DNA of 64,000 nucleotides from Pocillopora damicornis (taxonomy: Eukaryota): contig NW_020844146.1 in the NCBI RefSeq assembly GCF_003704095.1, positions 62,001 through 126,000 on the forward strand. The letters run 5' to 3'. The position numbers and the translations under genes are program-made. Under the pieces are notes generated by a model that saw only the letters and a list, made by a program, of their open reading frames with translations, searched no databases and was not told the DNA's origin. Below, one piece after another: positions 23,917-35,445 of this stretch; position 1 is the first letter of the stretch, and each line of letters starts with the position of its first letter.

Positions 23917-26900
23917 TTAGTTTTTGACAATCATTTGTTCAGGACCAATAGGAAACGATGCTGTTGTGTTCTCGGTCCCAGTCTCCGTAATAATCAAAGT
24001 ATCGTGCTCTCTGTACCCGCCAGCTCCAGGTTTTCCTTCGGGAACTACAATCATTGGTTCCATGGTAATGATCATCCCAGGCTCCAGAACTGTGTCCACG
24101 TGCTCGAGGAACTCTAAGCCCCAGTCTCTTCCATAGTAGTGAGAAAGAACTCCCGTGGAGTGTCCGTAGCCAATGACTCGGTATTGCAGAATGTCGTGTT
24201 CCATATAAATTTCATTCAGTTCCCGTGCAACGTCACCGCAGCGCATGCCTGGTTTGACTAGTTCCAGGCCTCTACGGTGAACCTTGTTATTGATCTCCCA
24301 GAGTTCCATATGTCGATCTGATGGCACGTGATCAAAGAATAACGTCCGCTCTAGAGCAGCATAGTTTCTATTACAAAACAAAAATACCAGCAAAATAAAT
24401 AACGTTAGAAAATCAGGCAAAAAAAAACACTCGGAAAAAAAACACTCGAGCGCTCCTAGCAGGAGTGTTGATCCCAGTATCAATCCATGCCACTTGTTGG
24501 CTCGGATACACTGAGCTGTAAGAGGCTCTTGCTAGCTTACGTATTGACTCGATCCATGTGACAAACATCCTGCATACTTATATTCACGTTCTGGGAAGTC
24601 GCAATGCTTTTGGACAGCGTTATGTACCAAGGATCGCAGGCTCTGACGAGATATTACTAGCATACTACGTTCGACCTGGCTGAATGTTTTGCGTATCAAA
24701 GCGGAGCCTCCCGCCGATCCGATTTAGTCATCATTTGTATAAGAACCTTTATGAATGTAAGAGAAGACATCTACTTTCTGAATAGATAGACTTACCCTGC
24801 TATCATTGGAAAGCAGTTCAAACTCAGAATATCGCCTTTTTGAACTCGTCGACTTGTAGGAAAGTTGTGTGCACCGTCTGTGTTTATTCCTGACTGCAGC
24901 CAAGACCACGCTAGATAGAAAAGAATGTACGCACAATGAGTAAAGTGTAATGAAAGGGGAGTAGATAACTCCATGATGGGTTATACAGGGAACTCCTCAA
25001 GTGAGGGGTACTTATCTCAGAAGTAAAAACAGGAGTAAAAATTTCACGAAGATATCTCTCACTTGAGTAAAAGAACTTTGGTATGCACCCCAGTAACATC
25101 CTTGAGTGTTGGGGTTATTTTTTGGGAGTTAAGTTAGATTTTTTGGGAAGGGCCCATCAATAAAGTTCAAAAAAAGCGTAATTAAAAATGTTCTGTTAAA
25201 GATCAAACAAGAATTCCGATAACTTACTATCTCGGATATCGATTTGTGGAAATGTTACAGCGACCTCCCGCATCATCGCACTATTTGAAGCGATCACCAC
25301 TTCATACTCTGGGACACCCTCGTGTAAGGTCTTGATTCCTGCATACGCCCCAAGCTCTGCTATTCGAGAGCCTTGACGGACTATTTCGACCTCCTCTGGA
25401 GACTTCACTCGTCGAATTTCCATGGCTGCATCTGCTACGTCGACAAATTTGGCATGCGGTAAGGCCTCTGAGAAACTTTGCAGCGAGGCTCCCATATCTG
25501 GAAACTCTACACCCACCGTCTTTGCAGACTGTAACTGATAGTTTTACAAAGAGGCGATAAATAAGAAAATATATACATACTCCTATGCAGGCATCTAAAA
25601 TCAAGAAGTAGTCTAACTAATGATCTTGGAAAGGCAACTCGCAAATTTTCGCTTTAAAGCTGCAGATTCCCAAGTAGAGGGGTCAAACGAGATAAAAAAA
25701 AAGCTATTTTTCCAAACAGTCCTAAGAGGAAAGATAATCTGCAATGCGTGGAGGACATTTGAAATCAAAGTGCAACCATTGATTTCGGGAGATGAAATGG
25801 AATTAATTTTACTTGAGAGATTATTCCTAGTTTTATATGAGTGGTTTCGCTGTATTACAGGTGGAAGACAACACAAAGTCAAACATCTGATTATTCGTGT
25901 TATTAAACGAATTTTATCTTCTTTTCGATACCTGTTGTTGCATGGCGTAGTAAAAATTTTCCTTTTGCCAGTTGGTGTAGCTAATGTTATCGCAAGTTCC
26001 TCGTCTCCATGGAAACCCATAATCTACAGCTGTAAACAGACAAGACCCATCAGTCTCAACAAAAAAATTCTACTTGAAAAAAAAAACTCTTTACTTTAAC
26101 AGTAAAGTTGTTAATTGAACAAGGACATTTGACAAGTTCTTACATGGCGTAATTGTCAATGCTTTTTCGTCAGTAATGACCAAGGCGTATTGCCGTCCCA
26201 TGGAACAGTATAGAAACTCGCTGAAGTAATAAATGTTGTAGTAAGAAGTGAACACGCATGCGTCAAGGCCATTTTTCTCCATGTAAGAACGGATACTGTT
26301 CAGACGCCGGTTCATTTCTTCAGAAGAAAATAGTGGTTGGGTCTGAAAATAGATTTTACATACACATAAAAGAACGTGAATCATGTAGAAATAAATGAAT
26401 GGAGGAATGTAAGATTTTTTAATGGCGATCGACTCATTGAGAAATAAACCGAGAAAGTAAGATAGAAAGACGAAGGAAGGAAAGAGAGTTTTCAGAATTA
26501 CCGTTACGAATAGGAAAAAACACTTTTGCGCTATAAAATAGATTGAATACTACGTAAAAGTAGTCCACAGTTTCAAGGTCAATTTTATTAGTTCACGGCG
26601 TTTTCTAGGGTCGTTTTTTTGTACCTTTCGTGTCAATCGTCGGAAATTCCTTCTTTTAGCGTCACAAACCACGCAGTAATTAATTATCGCGGAGGGGGGA
26701 GGGGGGGGATGAGGACTTTGGGGGGAATCACATAGATTTCAGGGGGGGAACAACAGAGTATAAAAAGGAGACTATAGAAAATTGACCGCCAGTGATGGAA
26801 GATCACGAGAATATTACGGAGCCTTATTCGTCGCAATTGTGGTACCCGAGCACAATACGTTTTCTTCGCACCCTGCAATCTTCTTCTACTCAGATTAAGT

Positions 26901-27167
26901 TTGAGGGGTCCACGCACCCTTCACCTCGGGATAGTCCTCCCGTTATCAGGTTATTAGTGTGTATTATTCTGAGGTCAGGGCTTCATTCTCAGACCTGTGC
27001 CTTTTTAAAAGACAGAGAGCTTTTTGAGGGGTGACCGGCCGCTCTTAATTGATAATTTAGCTAACCTTTCCGCCATTGTGAAGCTCGAGGGTTCTCGGGA
27101 AGTAATCGTGTTTCCCGCGAAATAAAACTGGTGTTAATAGGTTCTTGAGTTTGCGCAGTGTTTTCAT
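23917..27167 (-). CDS. Creatinase-like protein (creatine amidinohydrolase family, M24 pita-bread fold), divergent paralog, 6 exons
   Basis: Exons 27167-27066 (MKTLRKLKNLLTPVLFRGKHDYFPRTLELHNGGK), 26342-26144, 26029-25932 (VDYGFPWRRGTCDNISYTNWQKENFYYAMQQQ), 25534-25228, 24910-24796 and 24367-23917; all GT-AG and in frame. Motifs QSGINTDGAHN, GDILSLNCFPMIAG, ALERT, GYGHS.G.LSHYYGR, MEPM, GAGGYREHD. Confidence 0.92.
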
Positions 27168-28240
27168 CCTAGCTAACGAATCTGTAAAGCAACCACACGA
27201 TGGCTTTAATCGCAACAAAATTATGTTTAGATTAAAATAAGTAGACTTAATTTGAAGTCCATAAACTCACACGGGGTTAGAGTAAATTTTGAATGGGTTT
27301 CAGTTATATCACTGGGAAAGGTTTTTCTCCTCTTTCCTTTCGACTGAAAACTAACAGATGAAACCCCACAAACCGTAAATCAAAGACAAAATTTAACTTT
27401 TATCTTAATCCTGAGTAACGCTAACCAGCTGACCCAGACTACCCTGTAGACAATCCGTCCTTTAAAACAACAGCTAGCATCGCTGCCCCAATCCCTCGCG
27501 GCTCGTTCTCCTTCCGTCTTCTCTTTCGTGCCTCGTTCAGCACTCGAAAATGACGAAAGCTCGCTAGCAAGCCATCTTCACAGTGTTCAGGCTGAAAAGT
27601 TGGAAAAATCGTAGTCTACATTTCATGTTCAAAGTGTTCGGTCCGAAATATGTCACTGGTTTATACTGTGTATGCCACTATTCATCAGCAGGTCATAGCG
27701 TGACATAGAAATCTCTTGGTTTCGCAACGCTAAATGCTAATTCAGGCAAAGGTTTGAATAAAAAGTGTGAGCTGTGTATTTTTGAGAAATCCTTAACTTT
27801 ATAACGAATCCCAAGTGGGGCTTAGTTTTCAGTCAGTTCGCCAGCAAAAAACATCGGGGAATTGGGTAATAACAAAAATAGAAACGGCCTTAGAACCGTC
27901 CGGTGTTAGCCAGCCAGGTTTTACAAACGACTCAAACAGACAGTTTTCATGAATTTTGTACAAGGCTTCTACTGATATTTGTCACACATTAAGATCGATT
28001 CTTAGCGAATATTTAAAAGAAAACATGCTTTTTACATCTCCTCAGGTCACCTTTGGACACTGAAAAAAGAAGACGAGTCCGCTGGTAGACAAATAATATT
28101 ACAGGAGACATTATTAATCTTTCGTTCAACTGCCGGTCAACTGCAGTAGATTGCATGTCAACGGTACCATTACAATCTCGATGTATATCAGGCACTTATG
28201 TACGGACATTAATTAACCTTAGGCCGAGCTACAAACCTGA

Positions 28241-28560
28241 TTACTGGGTAACGTGGATTAGAGATGGAGAGTTCGCAAAATAGTACCAGAGCCAAGTTGC
28301 GTTACATGCCTGGATAAGAATGAACAATGAATGAGTTGCCAATTGGATCCTATTGTTTACGCACAGATTTCTGGGATCGCCACGAGGAAGAAACTCACTA
28401 GAAGGAAATGTATGGCGAAAGTTTGTTCCGACGTCCAGATAAACGATTTTAGCGAGAGATTTTCGCTTTTTCGCCGCTCTTTTATCAGAAATTGATTTGG
28501 GTAATGCTGATACAAGGGAGGCGTAAGTTTTTGTTTGAAAAACCATGTAATATGTAGTAA
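28241..28560 (-). pseudogene. Unknown protein-coding fragment, paralogous to 29650-30100(+)
   Basis: TKTYASLV...SLAKIVYLDVGTNFRHTFPSSEFLPRGDPRNLCVNNRIQLATHSL aligns with the + strand copy, with many synonymous differences. Confidence 0.5.
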
Positions 28561-28759
28561 AATCTACCGATTAACTTGTCTTCATGCGTAAGGTTTATTG
28601 TGAATTTGACATCGTGTAATAACTATAAATCGCCTAGGAATAACTCAACCAAGCCGTTCCAGATTTTTGTACTTGTGTTAAGTCTCAGTACTTCCAGCGT
28701 TTTTCGTGGCTTGGTAAAACAAAAGAGCGCGAGAATAGTTGCTTGAGAATTAAATATTA

Positions 28760-29200
28760 TTCCGGTACATTAAAGTGATGAATCACCTATACTGCTTCTT
28801 TGTTGTGATGAATGTGAACGAATCAGTGTTGATAGTTGGCTCAAAGCTGAACCTTTTCTTCTGTGACGAAGAGTAATACAAATTGGTCCCTTAAGGAGTG
28901 ATGCACAACCGATGATATGTCCACAGTTTCTGCCGGAGTTCCCGTGATCTTGCTTTTCTTGACAAGATCCTTCAAGGAGTTCGAGAAGAAAAGTTGCAGC
29001 TCAAAGACCTTTGGATTCTTCTCAAACAAGCTATCACTTGAGCGAGGGATTTCCTCGTGTTTTTCATCGCTTATTTCATCCTTTCAGAGAGCAACAGCTC
29101 GGTAAAAATATTTTCCATCTCCGTGGACAACGACTTCTCTCCTTAATAGAGGTATATTTTCAAACGTCGTAATTTGTTCATTAAATACGTTAACAAGCAT
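28760..29200 (-). pseudogene. Decayed OTU-like cysteine protease domain, probably transposon- or virus-derived
   Basis: Minus strand reads REVVVHGDGKYFYRAVAL*KDEISDEKHEEIPR...GTPAETVDI...HHFNV, cf. OTU consensus GDGNC.YRA, G.W, HY/HF. The catalytic Cys is replaced and there is an in-frame stop. Confidence 0.6.
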
Positions 29201-29350
29201 GAAAACAGGCAGTTCATATATAAATACAACTGAAAAGACTTAAATTAGTTATTTCCTAGCGATTCCTGGCTAGTTTTGTAATATTTCGAGACCATTAAGT
29301 GATGACGATTTCACAATAGACCTTACGCAAGGAGAGAAGTTTTTCGGTGA

Positions 29351-29643
29351 AGAAATGTAAAATTGTTTCCGTGTTTACATAGCCTGCTGTAAACACGCGG
29401 GAGGTTGGGAGAACACGAGATAAGCGTAGGAAACCACGACGCGAAGCGGAGTGGTTTCCAGCTTATCGAGTGTTCTCCCAACCTCCTGCGTGTTTACATC
29501 AGGCTATGTAAACACGGAAACCATTTTACATTTCTTTCATAAAATAACTAATGAAAGAGGAACGAAAACCGTGTTTACATACGCTCATGTAAAATGGTTT
29601 TATGGCCAATCAGAACGCGCCTACTATTTGAATTATTTTATAA
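29351..29643. mobile_element. Non-autonomous element with a ~185-bp near-perfect palindrome
   Basis: 29351-29535 folds on itself (AGAAATGTAAAATTGTTTCCGTGTTTACATAGCCTG...CAGGCTATGTAAACACGGAAACCATTTTACATTTCT), followed by a GGCCAATCAGAACGCGCCTACTAT...TTATTTTATAA tail. Confidence 0.75.
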
Positions 29644-29649
29644 TGTTTT

Positions 29650-30100
29650 TTATAACATATTTCGCGGTAATCCCAACAAAAACTTACACTACCCTCGTAT
29701 TAAAATATCTTTATCCATGTATGATAAAACTGCGACAAAAAAGCCATAATCTCTCGCAAAAATCGCTTTTTTGGACGTCAAAACAACCTCTGGCCATACG
29801 TTCCCTTATAGCGAGTTACGATGTTTGCCCCGTGGCGATCTCAGAACTCTTTGCGCAAACGCAAGGATCCGATTACTGGCAACTCATTCATTACCTCTCT
29901 GCTTTGGCGGATCAAGTACAAAGGTCAGGAGGGTCAAGATCCACTCCTCCATCGCATCGCATCTTTTAACTTCTTGCTTGAAACGAAAATTCTTCCAACG
30001 ACAGGATCTCTTATTACAGCTCAACTTGAAGTATCCAAAATTTACTTACCCTTTCAAGCTTATAGTGCGCGCCGATGTGAAAAGAAATCTGTCTATTCCT
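29650..30100 (+). pseudogene. Unknown protein-coding fragment, paralogous to 28241-28560(-)
   Basis: TKTYTTLVL, then a frameshift, then SLAKIAFLDVKTTSGHTFPYSELRCLPRGDLRTLCANARIRLLATHSL. Confidence 0.5.
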
Positions 30101-30725
30101 AAACATAATCCGGACCATCCCTTGGCCTTTCCGATCAAAAGAGCCTGGGTTCTCCATTTATTCGACTATTTACTTTTCTCGGTAGAAATTAAGAAATGGG
30201 CAAATACAGTGATTATATTGGTATTCGCCTTACTCTGTGTGACAAACACAACGTGGTTTCAGTCGTTTTCATGTGAGACGAGTCAGCCTTGCACTGATCC
30301 TAAGAGGGGGAGGGGGATCGTGGAAAAAGAGACGAGTGACAGGCTTTTGACACTTCCCCCTCGGCATTTTTTCATTTCTGAACGATGCTATAAGATACTT
30401 TCTGTTCTGCAAGAATTTCTAGTCACGAGAGCTTCAAAAACATCTAAAGTTCCATGTGGAGGAACGAAGTGGAGATATGAGGGTGCTCCTAAAGAAGTAT
30501 GTAGATAAAATATATGAAAGGGAGAATATGATTAAATATGTTTTAATAACTCTGTCTCTACGGTCCCTATGAGGTGACTCATTTTTTACGGTCAGCTCAT
30601 TAGTAAAATTGGTTGTGAGTCCTATATCGCTGTGTAGAAATTCAAGAGTAGAAATCCTATAAGAAAAGCCATAGTAACAGCGGCTTATGGCTTGTGGCTT
30701 ATAGATTGCAATTAACTACCAGGAA

Positions 30726-33507
30726 TTAGTTTTTAATGATATTGTGTTCTGGTCCATATGGGAACTTTGTAATATTTTCGCTATCTGTTTCCTTGACAAC
30801 CAGTATATCGTGTTCTCTATATCCACCTGCACCAGGCTCCCTCTCGGGTACTGTAATCATTGGTTCCATGGATACCACCATGTTTGGATGTAACACCGTC
30901 TCGATATCTTCGCGGATTTCCAGCCCAGCTTCACGTCCGTAATAATGAGAAAGAACGCCGAAGGAATGACCGTATCCAAACGTACGATATTTCAGCAAAT
31001 CGTGTTCGAGGTATAGCTCGTTCAGTTCGTTAGCTATGTCACTGCAACGCGCGCCTGGCTTTATGAGCTCCAGGCCCCGACGATGAACCTTGCAGTTGAC
31101 TTCCCAGAGTTCTATATGCCGGTCTGATGGCACGTGATCACAAAAGAGTGTACGCTCAAGTGCTATGTAGTATCTAGGGAAGACATAAAGATACAGAACT
31201 GAGAATTGACGTGCAAAGGGGCTAACTGGAAAGAAACACAGTAGTCGATTAATGCTCCGGCTTGCCATGCCTGTTCAGGCATTGTGGAAAATTATTATGG
31301 CTGCGGGTTGCCATATTTGTCCAGCAGCTCGGAATAAAGGGATAGAAAACGGAGATCTGATAATGATGATGCTGCAACAACTTTTCAACTAAAAATTAAG
31401 TTTTTCAAAAACATATTCATATGTTTTTCTTACAATTTCTGTTTATCATCTCCATAGAGAAAGGACTGGAACCTAATGAAGCCAGACCTGTCGATTCCGA
31501 GATTACCGCACAAAGCATTGGACCTCGGAGTCTTCCGTTGTAAATAAAGTCTTTTAAATCAAAGCTATATGATTTATACTCGAGTAATTACTGCGCTTGG
31601 CCCTCTGTCGCAAGTGTCCCAGATAGCAGACACCTGACGTTAAGCAGATTGCATAAAAAATTTTAAACAACAACTTACCCAGCTATCATAGGAAAGCAGT
31701 TCAAACTGAGTATGTCTCCCTTACGCAATCGCCGCGTGGTAACTGGATTATGAGCACCATCGGTATTAATTCCTGATTGGAACCAAGTCCATGCTGAGAA
31801 ATACAAGAGCGACAATAAAATTAACCAAAAAACCCTGCAACCCTGCGCTCCACATTTTTCTTGTAATTGAAGACTCCCAAGAAACAAAAAGAAAATGAAT
31901 AAAGGAATTTAAAAAGGATGAACAATTGAAACATACTATCTCGTATTTCAGAATGTGGATATGTGTCGGCGATCTCTTTGACCATCGCGTTTGTTGACGC
32001 CAAAGCAATCTCGTGCTCAGCGGCACCTTCCTTGATTGCCTTAACAACTGCCTCTCCTCCAAGATCAGCGATACGTGCTCCTTGCTTTATAAGTTCAATT
32101 TCTTCGGGAGATTTAATCATGCGCATTTTCATGGTCGGTTGACTGACATCTACGAATTTTGCATAAGGTAAAGCATCGGAGAACTTTCGGTGACTGTCGA
32201 GATGGACCCAATCAAACTCCAGACCTACTGTTTTCGCGTCGCCAACCTTGTAGAGATAATTGACGTCTTAGTGACTGCTAAAAAGGGAAAATATCCTGCG
32301 ACAAATTTTACGATCACAGTAATCCTCATGCAAACCTGTTGTTGTACAGCGTGATAGTAATTGTCTCTTTTCCAGTCCGTATAGACGATGTTCTCACCGA
32401 ATGTTCGGCGCCACGGCTGACCGTAGTCGATGCCTGCAAAATGGAGAAAAATCGCGTTGCACTTTTCGAACAAATGTCCAATGCCTCGACAGTTTTCGTG
32501 AATATCATGCAAACGCTGATAGCAACACGTCCAAATTATTTCTTTTTACACCNNNNNNNNNNNNNNNNNNNNNNNNNNNNNNNNNNNNNNNNNNNNNNNN
32601 NNNNNNNNNNNNNNNNNNNNNNNNNNNNNNNNNNNNNNNNNNNNNNNNNNNNNNNNNNNNNNNNNNNNNNNNNNNNNNNNNNNNNNNNNNNNNCCCCCCC
32701 CCTTCCCACTCCAAGGCGATCAATGATTACTACCAGAACCTTACTGAAAAATAAAATTTTAAAAAATAGGGAAAAGAAGAAGATTATACAGCAAAGCTTA
32801 CCAGCAGAAACACTTGTCGTCTTCGACGGGGTGACAATGAGCGCATACGGCCGACCAAAGTAACAGTACAGGAAATCGCTGTAATAATGTATGTTGTGAT
32901 AGGATGTAAATACGCATGCGTCAATCCCGTTTGTCTCCATATGGCGTCGAATCATGTCCAGACGGCGTTGCATTTCTTGGGACGAGAAGGTTGGTTTCAC
33001 CTACAATTGGAAAAGCGTGATGATGAGTAACTGTTGGCTTGGGTATGAGCCCTTGTACACTCTTAGCTTGTTAGTTCGTTTCCTCGAGATGAGAATTGTT
33101 TGCCTAAAACGACTCAGTCTTTTAGCTTCTGGCCTCCTGTCTTTAATAAGATGCTAAAATTTCAATTTCCGTAAATTAATTATATAACACATTATTACGC
33201 ACACAGGTAGAAGAAGAAAGTTTTTTAGGGTCGGCAAGCTAGGAGACTGGGTATATATTTTTTGCGTTTTTAGCCGTGACTTGTTCAGTAATCAGATCTT
33301 ATACCTCATTGCAAACAGACATTGCAAAGACAAAGAGCAAATTGCACGCTTGACAAGAATAACATGAACACAAACCTTTTCGCCATTATGACATTCAAGT
33401 GTACGAATGTCTTTGTGATCGCTCAGCACATTCAAGCTTAACAACCGTTGAAAGACTGGAACCAAAGTTCGTCGAGAAAAGCGTACGTTTTTGGTCAAAA
33501 GAAACAT
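30726..33507 (-). CDS. Creatinase (creatine amidinohydrolase, EC 3.5.3.3), canonical paralog, 6 exons, with a putative mitochondrial presequence
   Basis: Exons 33507-33376, 33000-32802, 32433-32336, 32246-31937, 31793-31679 and 31173-30726; all GT-AG and in frame. Near-colinear with recalled Pseudomonas creatinase: FTSYHNIHYYSDFLYCYFGRPYAL, GQPWRRT...NIVYTDW.RDNY, MRMIKS.EE, TWTWFQSGINTDGAHNPVTTR, YRTFGYGHSFG.LSHYYGREAGLE, MVVSMEPMI, ENITKFPYGPEHNII. Confidence 0.95.
32553..32693. other. Assembly gap (N run) within creatinase intron 2
   Basis: Run of N flanked by poly-C. Confidence 1.
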
Positions 33508-35036
33508 CTGAAAAGAAGACATGGGAATGGAAGTAAATCGCGTGGGATGGTTCACAATGTCCCAAAATCCGTGGTACAACTACTAATCTCAAAATAAACT
33601 GGGTTATGGCGAAAGCATGACACATTTTATAATGGACTTTCGTTCAAACAAGAAGTCCGTCTAAATCTCACCACCAACAGAACTTTTTCAATTCTTTGAC
33701 AAACGTTCTGTCTCCAGATATTTAATTGTTTGTGTCTTCTTTTAATCCTGACAACTTTCGGGTAAATGACGATTTAAGATAAGTCAGGGATTCGAAAATA
33801 TCACTCAGCCGAAACTGATTAAATTCTTGAATTAAGAGTTCGAAAGAAAGATGGATATTGTCATAAAAAAAATGGTTGGGAGGGGGGGTGGGGGAATGGA
33901 GGAAAATTAAAATCAGTCTAATTTCCACTTAATCATCATATGCAATCACTTGGTGCTTTGATATTCTGCTGCAGTCTATTTTTTGGTCAAAAATAACAAT
34001 TGATGATTGGTGAAAATTGAAACTAAAGGTTAACGCCGTATCTTACGTGACAAACAATGGGTAACAAAAACAAAAAACAAAACAAATTTATTTATTTTAG
34101 CAATTAAAATACATATCTAACAATCCCGACCAGCGAAATTCATCGAGGCGGGAGGGAAACAAACATTAAAATAAATTCTTCAATAACAAGTTTAAGTAAA
34201 AAGAGGAAATGACTACGAAAGCATGCACATATACGAACAGTGAAAAACAGCAAGATAAGTTAACGATAAGCCAATTAGGTATTACATGTTACAACTAGAA
34301 TAAAATTAAACGCGAAATAAACAACAACAACAACAAATGAAGCTAAAAAGATTGTAATTTTCTAAATTTATCAATTTAAGTATGGACGTCAAAATAAGTA
34401 TCCTCTCGCATCAAAATGTTCAGCAGCTGTCTATGAAATAGTCTTTGAAATTTCTACTTAGGTAGAGCACGAAGACAGATGGGACCCACTCTTAAAATAT
34501 AATTTTTCATATGTTCTGTTCTGGAATGTTTAGATAGAGATTGCCAGCCGCTAACAACTGCATAATCAGTCATAATTTATGCGTCTCCGCTCTTCTATTC
34601 ATCTCACACCCTTACGTAATTGTTTTTTTCGTATTACTTGCTCAGTTTTTGGGTCCTGGTAATTGAGAATTGTACTTGAACGAAATGATGATGTTTTAAG
34701 AAATCATTTAAGTGCGTGTCAAATTTAGCTTTTAGGATTAAAATAAAACCGGGGCTGCAGACAGATCAGAGGCTCTAAAACGAACGGACCGATCGCTGAA
34801 AACTACTGATGCATTAAATAATTACGCGTTTACAGACGAACGTTTATGCAATAAAACATTCAGTCGAGGTAAAGGGTCGCTAGATTCACTGCATATGTTA
34901 CAAAAATTTAACTTTCTTTACATTACTTCTGGGACCGGTTGCATCATACGCGTGCGGAAAGTATTTCGGCTAAAATAGGTTGATTCCAGCGCGGCCCTTT
35001 GTGCTTCAATTGAAGTTAGAGTACTTCTATTGGGGC

Positions 35037-35445
35037 TGTGAATATATGAAAGTCATATTTGAACTGCGGATAAAGACGTGTATATGATAGCGATCTTCGC
35101 AGTAATGAACACTACTTTAACAGTAGTGAAAAGAATGCCTGAAAAAAATTGCACCGGTATCGCCAAGGTCATGGGTTCAAATCCCGCACAGGCCTTCTTT
35201 TCACTACTGTTAAAGTAGTGTTCATTACTGCGAAGATCGCTATCATATTCAGTACCACTATTGTTTTCTATACATAAGCAATATTCTTTAGAATAAATGA
35301 CTGTGAATATATGAAAATCATATATGTGAACCGCGGATAAAGACGTGAATATGAAAGCGATCTTGATAGTAATGAACACTACCCGAGCAGTAGTCAAAAT
35401 AAGGCCTGAAAGAAAAAATATTCAGGCCTGTATGGGATTGGAACT
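35037..35445. mobile_element. Cluster of tRNA-related SINE-like units in direct and inverted orientation
   Basis: Repeated TGAATATATGAAA.TCATAT...GCGGATAAAGACGTG...AGTAATGAACACTAC; B-box-like GGTTCAAATCCC. Confidence 0.75.

Noticed and set aside
25613-26099. 135-aa and 159-aa ORFs
   Set aside because: They are wrong-frame and antisense overlaps of creatinase exon 3 and its intron.
29451-29969. 172-aa ORF
   Set aside because: Mostly a translation of the palindromic element; only a short stretch belongs to the pseudogene fragment.
32339-32863. ORFs containing X runs
   Set aside because: Artefacts of reading through the N gap.
23917-33507. Bacterial contamination as the source of the creatinases
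   Set aside because: Both have five spliceosomal introns at shared positions and are contiguous with XRCC4 and arrestin genes; the only gap lies inside an intron.
23917-33507. Xaa-Pro aminopeptidase/prolidase annotation
   Set aside because: Same fold, but the metal-binding Asp residues are replaced (LSLNCFP, ALERT) exactly as in creatinase.
35037-35445. CRISPR-like repeats
   Set aside because: Eukaryotic context, long irregular and inverted units, no spacers and no cas genes.
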